This document shows positions 1 to 13,065 of a stretch of DNA of 64,000 nt, in pieces; positions within the stretch are counted from its first letter, which is position 1, and each line of letters begins with the position of its first letter. The stretch is from Sphagnum compactum (Eukaryota): contig OZ234493.1 in NCBI GenBank assembly GCA_965153455.1, forward strand, positions 20,512,213 to 20,576,212, read 5' to 3'. The position numbers were made by a program, and so were the translations under genes. Below the pieces are notes generated by a model. It ran no database searches, was not told the DNA's origin, and saw nothing but the letters and a program-made list of their open reading frames with translations.

Positions 1-1982
1 GATCCCGGTGGGTACCTGCTGGGTATCATGGTTAAAAAATAACAAGGGCATTAATTTCAAAATGCCCACTCGTTGCTAACACCCAATTACGGCATATAAT
101 GTGCCCTCTATTTATGCCACTACAAAGTGTGGAGGGTTTTACCCTAAGGAACACCTTCAGATTAGCCTCAGAGCGGCCTTGACCATTGAAATACAAAATG
201 CCTGATTGAAATGGTCATAGTGGTACTAGTTCAAGTTACAAGCCCATGCAAAGAAATGTCAGTGTAAGAAAGCTGCCTGCCTAGCTCTTCCATGGGGTTC
301 CCATGTAAGGATGTGTAATAAGGCCAGTGTACGGGAAGAAAGAATTTTCACTACTTCCATGCTTGACAAAAAAAGACTGGTCAAGAGATCACAAGTGACG
401 TGCCACCTACCTTCTTGATTCAGAAGCCCAGAAGGGAGAGTAAGAGTAACTCTGGGCTTGAATTTTGGTGTGAGTATTTTTTTTTATGCAGTAAAAGAGA
501 AAGGAACAACAGGACACACATGGAGAGTTATTGACCAAGATGATGAAAAGAACACAAGCTTGAAATTCCTCCTGGAATCATCATTTGGTTGTTGATGTGA
601 ACATTCTTTGTGTGCAGCAAGCCTGGTTAGTCACATCACAGGAGCCCTCAATTGCAACAATGCACCAACACTCATAAGATCTGCTCCAAAATGTCAAAGG
701 TAAACTTCTCTATCTAGTGAGGAAAACTTCTTTTGAAGAATGTAATATGACGATAAATTTGGAACATAAACCTCATTATTACATTCTTGTGTTTTTGGGA
801 GAAGAACATGTGGCCAAAAAATTTGCAAGGGTGATGTACATGCTATGCACTATGCTCTAACACACACCTCTCCAAGCACACACTAGAAACCTGCACAAAG
901 AAGGCTGGTACCAACAAGAAGACCCTTAAGGCAAGCAGTCTGCCATGCCCAATACATTGTGACCAACCTTGTTTCTACAACATTCAAATTGCCACATAGT
1001 GTGCTTACTACACAATTCGCACAATTTGCTGCAAGTTAACCAATCATGTGAAATTTACGAAATCCATTTAACACCCATTGTGCACTGCAGCAACCATGAA
1101 TCCTACTCACATGGCAAAGAGTTTTTTTTTTAAGAAAATGAGAAATGAGCAACATTGAGGACTACCCACAATAGGGTGCGGGTGAAAAGATCATAGAGTT
1201 GTGCAACAGAAGTTCATGGCTTCAGTATGTTTCACCAACGTACACACATGAACATATTCCAAAGGAAAATTTGTTGAAAACCAAAGCTCATTCCAATCTA
1301 AACAACAAAAAGCTCAGTGAGCTTGTGAGAGCTTTTTAGAGTCCAACTGCTTTAAGATATTACTACCTCACATTATTATTATCTCCATGTGTTCTTGTCT
1401 GTTCTAACAACCTGCACACATATGACCAATTGCCATCCTCAAAACAATAATTTAAACCTTCGTTCTCTACATATTACCATTTAGAGCTTCTCTTTTCCTA
1501 CTGTTCCAGAACTTTTTCCATTATCATGCAGCATCAGGCTTCTAAAATCTTTACTGGTCACAAATTTCCCTACCCTTTTGGCCATCAGCACTTCAAAACT
1601 TTTCTCTCCATCAATGTCACATTCAAATAAGATTCATCTTCAAGTGCTTAAATCCAGCTCTCAGTAAGTAGCCTCCCACCTCTAATTGTAGCCTTACTAG
1701 CCTAAACCAACTACCCATTGATTCAAGTACTCTAACTCCATTTTGATGTCATTCATGCGGCCACTCCCTCATTAAAATTTTGTGTCCCTGCAAAAATCAA
1801 CTGATGAAATTGTAGCCTTTGAACACTTGCATCTCACAGCCTGGGGCCTTTCCCATTCCTCTCCATCACCATCAAGTGCACCACACATACTCAACTTCAT
1901 TCATCAATGCTCTGATTGCCTTGCTCATCCTTGGAACCCAAGAAATTGTAATGGCCTTCCTAGTAAAGATCCAGACCCTTGT

Positions 1983-2145
1983 TTTTCACTGGCTTGTCCA
2001 TTTTCACCCAACATCTGAAGCTCAAATTACTTACAAACAATCGCTTATCCTTTTATGAATTTTTTCACTGGCTTCTGCATTTTCACCCAACATCCTAGAG
2101 GCTCAAATTACTTACAAACAATTGTTTATCCTTTTATGAATTTTC
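1983..2145. repeat. Tandem duplication, ~80 bp x2
   Basis: tttcactggct...cattttcacccaacatc...gctcaaattacttacaaacaat...tatccttttatgaattttt occurs at ~1984 and again at ~2063. Confidence 0.9.
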
Positions 2146-2469
2146 ATAGCATATGCTGTCTTTATTTCTGATGTGCTTCTCCCACATTGTTCTCCAAAAT
2201 TGATTCATGGTGCTTAACCACTAATTGTGTTTTCTGAATCATATGGATGGTTATTTGTGCACTAGACCATGATTCCTTTAATGTATCACAAATGAATCCA
2301 GCCACTTGTCCACCTTAAGTTTGCCCAATTACACCATGCCATCAACACCATATAGAGGGAGAACTTTATACTTTCTCTAGAATCCCACATATGGGCCTGG
2401 AAAGAGAACACTAGACAATTACAAGTCCCATTCATCTGCATGCTCTACCATGGTAGACATGATTGTCAA

Positions 2470-2820
2470 ACTATGGCTAATTAATTGACAATGTTTTGAT
2501 CAACCTCTCTACCATGCCATTCCATTGCGGATGGGTGTGGTGTTGTATGTTGACAAATGATGCCAGTGTTGTGACACGTCTCTGCAAACTCCTCACTTTG
2601 GTTTGTTCCATTGTCAATTTACACAAATCTAGGCACACCAAACCGGCAAATGATCTCATCTTCAAAGAAATTGCAACTATAAAAGCTCCCCATGGTTCGA
2701 TTATACTATTCTAGCTTCTGCTCATCCCAAGCAATGGTCCACTGCAACTAGAATGTACTTGTTTTCCATTTTTATTTTCTAGCAAAGCTTCTGCATGAGT
2801 CAAGAGCCACCCTATTGAAA
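2470..2820 (-). mobile_element. Degenerate Ty3/Gypsy-like integrase fragment
   Basis: Broken minus-strand frames give YILVAVDH..(W)AEA and HPQWNGMVERLIKTL, matching rve motifs YILVAIDxxSKWVEA and HPQxNGxVERxxKT. Stops and frameshifts are present. Confidence 0.75.
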
Positions 2821-2880
2821 AGCTCAATTATGGAAATGCTTTTGAGCTCGTTTCATTCTTGATTTCATTAACCTACTTCT

Positions 2881-3630
2881 TGTTAAATATTAAGTTAGTA
2901 CAAGTTTAGCTAGATCTTAACAAACACTTAGTGAGTAAGAAACAAATATGTTCCTGAGAGATATGTTTCTTGAACATGTCTCTTCAACAAGTTAAATGGG
3001 CATGGTGGGTGAACACTTAACAACATTCTATCTTTCTTGGTTGGGAGGATCTGTTCAATAAAAGTTTTCTTTCTTTTAGTTCTTTTTCGTGTGTCTCAAT
3101 TTTTGTTTATGGTATCAAAGCAAGGTGAATGCTACGAGACCCAAAAAAGAATGTTTCTTTAGCACTTATTAGCTATGGCTAGTATTGAGCATGAATGTTT
3201 ATTTGATACATTTGATGATAGTAACTATCAAACATGGTTTAATTGCTGCATGGAGATGTTTCTCCATTGAAAAGAACAATATTATGGTCGTGTAAACAAT
3301 TTTATTGTTAGACCTACCAACCCCATAAATTAGGCCACTTGGGATATTAAAGAGGCAAAAGTAAGAGTTCAATTTTTTTGTATATGAAAAATAATCAAAT
3401 GGTTCATGTCAAATCCTTAGAAACATCAAAAAAAATACGGGATCGAATTAAAACTTGATTTCAAAAAACTAACATTGTCAATAAAAATTAACACGAGAAA
3501 TTATATGTATTAAAAATCAATGAGCAAGAAATTATTCAAGTGCATTTTGATCAATTTAACTATGTGTTAGGTGAATTGATTATAGTCAAAAATTAAGTGT
3601 CCAATGTTGATGTTGTTGCATGACATAGAA
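2881..3630 (+). mobile_element. Truncated Ty1/Copia element: putative 5' LTR, PBS and gag remnant
   Basis: TGTT start at 2881. tRNA-iMet PBS-like TGGTATCAAAGC at 3110-3121. Decayed gag follows (FDDSNYQTW..MEMF; WDIKEAKVRVQFFLYMKNNQMVHVKSLETSKKIRDRIK; RKLYVLKINE). Confidence 0.75.
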
Positions 3631-5492
3631 AATGTCGTTTCTCACATGCTTGGAAGTACCATGATTTAGTGATGGTATGCTTGAAAAGAAAACTATTAAT
3701 TCTTTAGGAAAACATGAAGGTAGTTGTGTAAATAGTAAGGAAACCCATGAAAATTGATTTAAAAAAACAAGAGAAAAATTGAACTATTATTTGGTCAAAT
3801 AAAGAGGTAAAGAAATGACAATTAAGTTGAAAGTCACCAAAGCCTAGGGAAGTCACTATTTGTATATTTTATGAAACACATAAAATAAAGGGATATTTTT
3901 AGGCATGTTATGAAACAATAAAATATTTTTTAAATATTTCATTAAAATTGAAAATCGTATAGGTGTATTTTAGGTATTTTTTGTAATCAATTTTAAACAC
4001 TCTATTTACATTTAAGAAAATTGTAGAAATTGAATTAGTTGCACCTTTTTTTTGTACATTACTTCGAAAAAAAATGGAAATATTTTTTCCTAGCACCAAA
4101 GACATCAAGATAAATCCATTGATTTCAATGCAAAAAATAGTGAAGACCCTAGAGGATAGATTATAGAAATTTGATTCATTTTTTGTTACAATTAATGTGA
4201 GTCACATTATTCAGGTTATTTTATAAAGACTCATTATATGATATATTAAAGAAAAAAACATAGATGCAAAATGTTTGCTAGGAAAAAATAAATATTATGT
4301 TGTAAATACTATAATATAACATAAAAATCAAATTTGCATTCTAAACATTCAAATTCATGTGTCATATTCATTTGATACATGTATCATGGTGAGAAAATGC
4401 ATTGATATTTATAATTTTCTTTTTCTTTTCATTCCATACTTTTTTTTACTTTTTTTTTTAATTGGGTGCAAATGAGATCAAACAAGCCAATGGCATTACT
4501 TTAAAAAAAGATTGGATGTATGTTTGTCCAAAAATAACTTTTTCATACAAATGAATTTTTGAACAATTCTTTTTGCAAATTGTTACAATATTTTTTTATA
4601 AATTTTTCAAGTACATGACATTTTTTTGAATTATTTTGAAGAAATATGATTTTTTGAAATTGTTCTAACTCCTTGTAAATTTAGTGTTTCATTTTTAAAA
4701 TGATGACAATTTCAAATTGTAACCAAAAATTATTTTTAAATTTTTTATGTTTTCTTGTATAATAAGCTACAACTTTTTTTAACACATCATGTACATTATC
4801 CCCATTTATATGTGGTAAAGGACTTTTGAAGTTCTAAAATTTTGGATCAATTTTGGAAAGTTCTTTGAATTTTGTAAGTCTAGATTTTCACATATTTTAA
4901 AATATGAGTGTTTTTTGAATGTGGCTAATAGGTCTTTATCTTCTTAAATTTTTCCCATCAATTTTGTTTTATTACATGAGTCCTTTTGATAGTCTTTTAC
5001 AAAATTGATTCCTTTTGACACAATAGGTATTCATTTTCAATGGTCCTAAATCGAAACTAAAACTTAAAATTTTATTAAATGGATTTTTTTTTTGAATTCC
5101 TTGACATTCATATGAATGAAAAAAAACAACTTACCATGATTGCCATGGTTTTAAAGGATAAAACATAAATATTTCTCCAATTTTGACTGTTTTTCTTTGT
5201 CATTTGGCATTTTTTTTGGCTCATTTGATTATGACTGCACCCAATTATTTAGTTATTTTCCCATCAACTTTTAATATTTTTTGGCAATTTCATGTGTATA
5301 TCCTAGGAGAAAAGAAAATAGGAGCTATAGTATTTGGATGCATTGGTCCTAATCAACAACATGATTATGTAAATTAAAATGTAATGGAAAACTTCTTTGA
5401 ATTCGGAAGGATAGAATTTTAGGTAATGGTGGCTCATTTAAGGGGTCTTTTGGGCTATCATTAAGTTGAATGTAGTATCGAAAACTACCCAA

Positions 5493-5796
5493 TCTTATAT
5501 ATAATTACAAACATGGTGTCTGTGCGTCTGTCTGTCCGTTTTTACCTTTTCGAAGTTACCTTCCTTTACCTAATTTACCTAAGTTACTTTTTACTGAGCG
5601 GCAGTTAGGAAGTTACTGAGCGGTAGCAAGGGGGGGGGGGCAGCACAGGTGGGGGGGGGGCCAGCAGGGGGGGGACGGGCAGGAAAGGACCGGACGGGGG
5701 AGTGAAGGGAGGTGTTTTTTTTTTTTCGTTTTTTTGGTCCTCCCTCCTTTTCTTGGGGGTGGCTGGAGTGGCGTAGCCACGGGTTACCAACACTCG
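5493..5796 (+). mobile_element. Short non-autonomous Helitron-like element (~304 bp)
   Basis: A|TCTTATATATAA 5' end, then TCTGTCTGTCCG. Subterminal hairpin GTGGC-GTA-GCCAC at 5768-5780. Ends CTCG|T (variant of CTRR). Sits in an AT dinucleotide and is GC/CpG-rich relative to its flanks. Confidence 0.65.
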
Positions 5797-6688
5797 TTAT
5801 AATAACACTCTAGATGAACTTTTGGTGAAACGAAAAATTGTAATGAACCTAACACTTAAAATATCTTTGAAGGTTTTTAATATGTGTTTCAAAAGCCAAA
5901 TTTTTTAAAAAACCTTTAAAGATGTTAATATATGTGCAAGATCCATGTTGAAATCCTTTATTCTCAACAATAATTCCATATCTTTTCCAAATACACATGT
6001 TTTATCCAAATTTGTGGATGAAAACATCATTTTCCATGTATTAAGAAAATGGAAAATGGATATTTATCCCAAAATGGATCATTCTATGGTTGTAATTAAG
6101 GATTTGTGATTTGTTGCAATTAAAAAGATTGTTTAATGTTCTACATCATTCCACCAAAAGGGAACATTGATGACTTGGACACTTTATAAGAATTCATAAA
6201 TTAATTGACTAGAAAATCTAGTCAAAAAATACCAAAATGTTATCCTTGCCAACTTGACTAGTTATCATTTTGGACAAGTCATTTTGAACATGGGACAATT
6301 TGATTGGTGATCTTTTTTATTGATGTAATTATGGATATTTTGATTGGTCATCATGTGTACCAGTCAATTTGATTGATAGTGATGTGATAATCAAATTGTA
6401 AATAGGTGTTACATGGCATAAATCCCTTAGGTTATCAATGTAATGTGTAACAATCCAATGGTGCACTCCGCACCACATGCCATCATCTTCTTGTGCCTCT
6501 AGCTTGCCATGTGTCCTCATCTTGTCGCATCCTTAAAATGCCACGTGTTTTCATTTTGTTGGATCTACTAATGTCACATGTCATTATTTTGTTGGGTCCC
6601 TGTATTGTCATGTGTCATTGTTTAAATTGCATGTTTCAAAAAGTGACTTATTTGACAAAGATTTGGGTCTAAAATTAATCTAGATATA

Positions 6689-6704
<16 letters not shown>

Positions 6705-6734
<30 letters not shown>
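6705..6734. repeat. (TA)15 microsatellite preceded by (AACT)n
   Basis: Directly visible. Confidence 0.95.
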
Positions 6735-6737
<3 letters not shown>

Positions 6738-8289
6738 TTGGGTTTTTCTTTAGTTTTGAACCATAGAACAAATGTTATATCTACATGTGTCATCCTACAC
6801 AATTGGCAAGATCACATTTGTTGGCTCATTTTGTAAGGCAATCATAATGGCTAAACATGCATTGACAATAGTGCATTCAAGTAAAAATGTCATAACATGT
6901 ATGCAAAATTGGCACTCAATTAACAATTTCAAATTTTGAATCCATTTTCAATTGTCCTAGCTATTGTTAACTTTCCTTCCTTTAATTGAAACTATTTGCT
7001 ATAAATTACAATAAATGGACTATTCAATACAACATCCTTTTCCCACCACATAACAACATTTTTTACGATTTTTTTCATCTTTGAACCAACTACATTTGGA
7101 AATGATGTTTTGACTAAACCTTTTTTCACACATGTCACAATTACAATATAAAGCCCCAATGCAATTGTGACCCCATGGGATGTCATCCCTACCACATTGC
7201 AAATTTCCCTTGATGTGCATGCCACTTTGTTAACATGGTCAAGGAGGTCAACCTTCATCCTTGGTTTTTATATCTACAACATGCCACATTAAGCCCAAAT
7301 GTCATGGTTTTCATTTGTCCAACATGTTAATACAAATGACATTGTAGTAAACTAGTAATGTATTAGTACATGTTGAGGTTTTGATGATCTCAATTTTTGA
7401 CTAGGAGATAGATGGGGGGCATCATCCCACTTTTGTTACCTTACACCACTCCAATCCAAATACTTGAATGCCATTGGAAGACCATGGAAACATCAAAAAA
7501 TGAGTTCACAAACAAGAAAAAAATGTACTACAAGTCATCCTAGCATTGGTAACCAATGAATCGCATGGAAACATTTTACAAATGTTGTAATAAAACACAT
7601 CTCTAACCACGATGTGGTGTTTTTAGTAGGAGATGAATTTTTGCACCTTTGTTATGGTTTTATTTTTTCAACTTAGTTATGTTCATGATTCATTTATGAT
7701 TTGTTGATCTAGGCTTCTTGTTGCTTTCATATTTTCCTTCTATGTGCCTTCTATAGTAAGTTGATTGTGGGTACAACATTTTAACCACCCAATGGATTCG
7801 CATGGAACCTGCACATATCCACATCATGGCATGTTAATGTTCAAACATGAATTTGTTTGGAGATTTTTAATTTTATTTGTTTCTTTGTCAATTTAAAATT
7901 GACTTGTTCATACAAAAGAAGGTGAAAAAAGGAAAAACACCCAACAAGGAAACGAGAGAAGAAAAAAAATCAAAGTCCAAACAAAAAACCACACTTGAAA
8001 ATGCAAAACACACAATGGGACTTTGACCCATCATGAAACTTAAACTTAAACCCATCATCAGTAGCACGAAACAAGTTGTGCAAGTAGATGGGCGAAAAAC
8101 ATGGAAGGACACCAAGCCTAAAAGAGGCCTTTCTTGCTAGCACAACTACTCAACATGATACACAAGATAGTGGTGACTTGAACTTTCTAAAAAGCCACTA
8201 ACACCCTTTGCCTATAAAATGAACGTATAATCGAAAAAAAAAGGACTTCTAGCACCCTTCATTAACCATGCCATGTTGGCACATCGAGG

Positions 8290-10620
8290 AAGGAAATTGT
8301 CCACATGCTAGTGTAAACACTTAAATATTTCTATTGTTATAGGGATGAAATCATCCTTAGGGTGTTGGTCGCAATATGACATAATCTTTGCCTGAACTAT
8401 AATCATTGCAACCATTCCCTAGGAAGAAGCGGCTTGCGGAACTAAATTTGCACGAATCAAGTCAATAATGACTACATTTGTCAAAGTGTAAGTACCATCT
8501 GCTGTAAACACAATATCCACTCATCACTATGATGATTGGAGAGAAGGTGTTCGGAGAACATGTGTTTGCTCACACAAAACATGGAACTCGGCATCCCTAA
8601 CAATGAAGGCAAAAGAATCTTGAAGTGCATCATGTGTGGTCGTGCATTTTCCCCCATGAACTCAACAGAGCAGGTGTATCCTTGTCGAATCTATGGCTTG
8701 GCTGCATATGCATTGATAAAGACCACGAGTCGTGGAATGGGGGAAGCTTAATTTAGTGCGTAATGCTGAAGAGAAAATTTTAGAAACCATTTTCAAATAT
8801 GGGATAATTGGGTGGGCATAAAGCCCAATACTTAAACTTGGGCTTGCACAAGATCTCAGTCGAACGTGATGAAAATTTAAAGACAACTCTGAAATGATTT
8901 TGGAAAATGAGTGCTCGTGCACACTTTCTAAGATTTTTTCTTGAAAACAATTCATCTTTTTTTCTGATAGTTGTTCAAATGGTGGCATGGAAGCTTGAAT
9001 AGTTGGAAGTAGAAGGTCACGAACCCACCTAAGGTGAACTTGGAATGGAAGTGGACCTAAACTGCTCACCCCTATAGTCCCCAATAAAAATGAGTGGTTG
9101 TTTCGTAAAAATTTGGATGCAATGATTGGGGCGAAGAGCCCTTAACCCCCCAAGTATGTTACTTGGGCAATAACCTCTAAAGAGACAAGATTTATCCCAC
9201 CTCTAGAGATGGGGAAAGAAGTTTGTCAATGAACTAGGGGAGTTTTTGGACACTTCAAATAACCTAGCCTTAAGAGTCTCTCAAATATGCAAATGAAGGA
9301 CGAATCAAAGGAGGCTAATTGGCGCTGAAAATCTAGGAGTGGGGGGAAGAATGAAGAAGGTAATAAGGCCTTTGTGCAAAACAATGAGTGATAATCCCAA
9401 ATACCACCTACACATCCCCAACTTAAGAAAGGCATTTACGTGCTGAACATCATCATCCAAAGCATCTTGGAGAAAATTAAAAATTGAAGGAAAGGGACCC
9501 CAAAGGAACACCCACAACCCTAATGCCACCAATAGGGGTTTGGAAACTTGATGGAAGCAAAAACCTTAAAGAAAACTCTGAAGGAGACCAAGGACCACAT
9601 TTGTTGGGCTAAAACACAAGGTTTACAAAATCTAGTTAGGAAAAAAATGATGAAAAACTTGAGAAACAACTTAAGCAAACTTAATGACGTGGGTGTTATT
9701 TATGACAAAAAGAAACAAACAAGATGGGAAAAGGGCCACTGAATTACAACATGCGTAGAAATGAGCTAAGGTAAAAAGAGGACCACCCAAAGGATCCCCT
9801 TGACATGTAACAATGGAAGACTAAATAACAAACAGATCACCCTGAAGGGAGTGATAACTAAATAAAAGAGGGAGCTAGGGAGCATAAAAGGAACGGATGA
9901 AATGTATGAATTGAGACAATTGCCTACCTACAACATGCATCTCCTAGAATATAACCCTATGGGAAATAATGTTGAAGGCATTTGCATGTTTATTTGCAAC
10001 ACCACCCAATCCGGGTGAACATATAAAATTGCTTGAATACGGTGCACCATTGCCTCTAGCCCCCCCTAACTACGACCCCAAACTAGTGGGGGGATAAGTG
10101 AGTGACAAATGCATCGTAAAACTAAACTAGAGGCAAAGGGTCCTATTCACCAATTGATAAAAAACCTTGCTTACTACTATTGACCGAATGCCACCAAAAG
10201 GCTTGGCCAAAGTTAACAACTTGGTAGGACCAAGGGCCCTGATTATACTCCCAAGGATACGCCCTACATCAACATAAAAACACATTATAAATAATTGGGA
10301 AAAGCCGTAACTAAGTCCTTTGGGTTAAACAAGTCTCGAAGGTGTTCGAATAACATACTTGAAGGCTCTCTAATTGAAAGGTGAGTTGAATGGACAAATG
10401 TTGACCTAAACGTGTATAAGGAAAACTCCAAATTTGCATTTGGCTGGAACTCCATCAAAAAATCTAAGCATGATAAAAATGAATCTGGAGGATAAAGAGC
10501 TTGTAAAGTAGAAATGATCTCTAAAGAGACCGAAGTTGGTGCCAAAGGGGCAAGAGCTCTCACAACTCGAGCATATTCCCCTGCTTGCCTTAAGGCTAGA
10601 CCCCAATGAAAATGATGGGC
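8290..10620 (-). mobile_element. Degenerate non-LTR retrotransposon, RT plus restriction-like endonuclease (CRE-like clade)
   Basis: RT remnants: LTLAKPFGGIRSIVV, ANMxNAFNII, CQGDPLGG. C-terminal region RLRSCA...FSSALRTKLSFPH...CICSQAIDSTRIHLLC (zinc knuckle). RLE-like VDIVFTADGTYTLTNVVIID and AQAKIMSY...FIPITIEIF. Many stops and frameshifts. Confidence 0.8.
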
Positions 10621-11124
10621 CCTGATGGGGAAGAGAGGAATGAAAGATCTAGGGGAAGGGCACCATCTGAAAAGGGGAGACTGAAGATAAAATAGCCACT
10701 AAGGCATGTGTGCGTTTACCCAGTTAAGTATGTAGTTTCAGATGGAAATAGCATGGTTTGCTCCTAGGTTAGGTCAAGGTGGAAGCTAAGTACCTGAGTT
10801 GCAGCTATCACAACTGAGTCATAACATGTAGGGTAAGTTCTGAGGACCAAGAAGGGGACTGTTCTGGGAGTGAGGGCCCCAGTGCGGCAGGAGACAAGCA
10901 CAAGACCTGAAATCTCAGAAGAGCCCTATTCAAGTTCATTACACAATGGAAAGAAACGGTACAATTTTGCTTTCATAAACAGACCAATGTGGCTCATTTT
11001 TTATGAAAAGAGGCACCTTATGTGTAAGGTTCCTCAAAAAATGAGGAACCTTACCCTTGGTGGAAATTTTACTCAGGGCCTTCCACATACACTAAAAGAA
11101 GTTCTACTGGGTCTTTACGGGTTC

Positions 11125-11976
11125 CTAAGGGATGGTGCACTGCTGGGTGCTGGCTTACATAATTCCATTGGAAACCTATCATCACAACTGAGTTACCAAG
11201 GTTCCTTGATAACCTATTGTATAAGCGTGCTTAACTACCTAGATAAGCTGGGGTAGGTAATGTAAGTGTTTACTGGTAGGTAAGACGCTGAGTGGTTACT
11301 AGGTAGGTAGATACCAGTGTTGTGCGGTTCTTATTTTTGAAGAGAACCTCCAGTCTCAATTTCAAAAAGGTTTGGAGGTTTTATGGGTGTGGTTTGAGCT
11401 TGGTTCTTTTCATTTTAAAACATTACGGTTTCAGTTTTGACATATGTTTTCAAATTCAAGAATCTCCAGGATCAGTTTGATTTCATGTAAACATTACACA
11501 TTCACCTATGCTAGATATTGTATAGATAAAAAGTTTAATATCAAATTAAATATGTGGTCTGTATAGATATGAGATTTAACAATTAATAAAAATAAATATT
11601 TAGTTGTGAAGTTGAGCTCAATTGTCAACATTTCAAAAGAAAATCAACTTGCAAACTTAAAAAACCTGTCTCTTTTTTCAAGAATGTTTTTTCATGATTT
11701 TGATTTCGAGTCTGGATCTAGCAAAAGACTAGTTCCAATGTCCAGTTTGTGTGCCAGTTCTACCGAAAAGATGTGAGCTTGGGTTCAGGTCACAGAAACC
11801 TGACCCTGAACCTCTGATTTTAACACTGAAAACCAGATACAGTCACAACATTGCTAGATACATGTGGATGGTCAGTACATAGCTAAACACAGTGGTTGGA
11901 TATTGGACAGGAGTAGAATGAAAAAGTGTGTCCTGTCCACATATCATCCATCCTGCATGGTGCGCTGGTGGCTCAC
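11125..11976. mobile_element. Dispersed non-coding repeat, interrupted by a hAT MITE
   Basis: Motifs GGATGGTGCACTG(C/G)TGGGTGCTGG, ACAACTGAGTTACC and TAGATACATGTGGATGG recur at ~32470-32560, ~41630-41880 and ~54390-54780. Confidence 0.65.
11315..11853. mobile_element. hAT-type MITE with 10-bp TIR and 8-bp TSD
   Basis: TIR CAGTGTTGTG...CACAACATTG. Flanks GTAGATAC / CTAGATAC (8 bp, 1 mismatch). The related repeat at ~54560 has a single TAGATAC (empty site). Confidence 0.8.
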
Positions 11977-12370
11977 AGACCTAATCCACGAATAAGAAGA
12001 CAGAGTAGAGTGCAGTAACGTAGAGAGGGTTAAAAAGGGCAACAGGAAGGAGACAGACTGCCACCTAAGCCACTCAAAAGAATTGATCAACGGACAAAGG
12101 GATGGGAGATTCTTCTTTTACTTCGATTTGGGTATGTGAAGTTAGCCGGCTTTCTGTCGGTTACAGTTGGGAGTCAAAGAAGTCGGTTTGCCCAAATTCC
12201 GAGTTTCGTGTCCCCAATTGGGTGAATGCGAGGGAGCTGCCATGGCAAAGGAAAAGGTCCCGAGTGATTTTGCCAGAAGCCCAAAAGGTGGGACGCAACC
12301 AAGAGTCGCTTGCTTGCACCAGGGTGGCTGAAATTGTAGACAAGTCTTTGTGAGCGGAACCCATGTGCCA

Positions 12371-12405
12371 ATGGGCCCCGCCCCACCCCCTGCCCGTTGG
12401 GGCCT
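12371..12405 (+). promoter_or_regulatory. Site II-like (TGGGCC) GC-rich promoter elements of NTF2
   Basis: ATGGGCCCC and GGGGCC about 300 bp upstream of the NTF2 ATG, in a CpG-rich island. Confidence 0.4.
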
Positions 12406-12654
12406 TCACACATCTCTCTCTTTCTTTTCTGTATGGAAACAGTCGCAGCACAAGAGACAGCGTCGATCTCACGCACAGACAAAAGGGATATCGTATCGCG
12501 CACAAATGCCAAGGGCGTGAATATCACGCACAAGATTCAAGCTCATTTGAGCTCACGCCTGAAATGATTAAAGGGAGAAGGAGAAAGTGCGAGTTCAGCG
12601 CACTACGTGATCTGTAGCAGTTAGTTACCACACGGAAGAGGAGACAAGACGTAA

Positions 12655-13065
12655 ATGACGCCGGAGCAGCAGCAGCAGGGGATTCTGGGGATGATGGATC
12701 CGGATAGCTTGTCCAAGGCATTCGTGGAGCACTACTACACGCAGTTCGACACCAACAGAATCGCACTGGTGAGCTTGTACGATGAGGCATCTATGCTGTC
12801 GTTTGAAGGTCAGCAGATCCAAGGCGCACACAACATTGGAGCCAAGCTCAACGGTTTGCCTTTCGAGCAGTGCAAGCACATCATTTCCACAGTCGACTGC
12901 CAGCCTTCGGGTCCCCCCGGCGGCATGTTGGTGTTCGTAAGCGGCAGTCTCCAGCTTCCGGGAGAAGAGCATTCTCTCAAGTTCAGTCAGATGTTCCACC
13001 TGCTTCCAACTCCACAGGGAAGCTTCTACATCTTCAACGATATTTTCCGCCTCAATTACGCGTGA
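12655..13065 (+). CDS. NTF2: Nuclear transport factor 2, intronless; conserved start is probably MDPD at 12694
   Basis: MDPDSLSKAFVEHYYTQFD...SMLSFEGQQIQG...STVDCQPSGPPGGMLVFVSGSLQL...KFSQMFHL...FYIFNDIFRLNYA is a full-length plant NTF2. Confidence 0.97.
   Translation: MTPEQQQQGILGMMDPDSLSKAFVEHYYTQFDTNRIALVSLYDEASMLSFEGQQIQGAHNIGAKLNGLPFEQCKHIISTVDCQPSGPPGGMLVFVSGSLQLPGEEHSLKFSQMFHLLPTPQGSFYIFNDIFRLNYA

Noticed and set aside
6800-7560. Cys-containing broken ORFs, possibly Helitron-derived
   Set aside because: Too degenerate to assign; no Rep or helicase motif seen.
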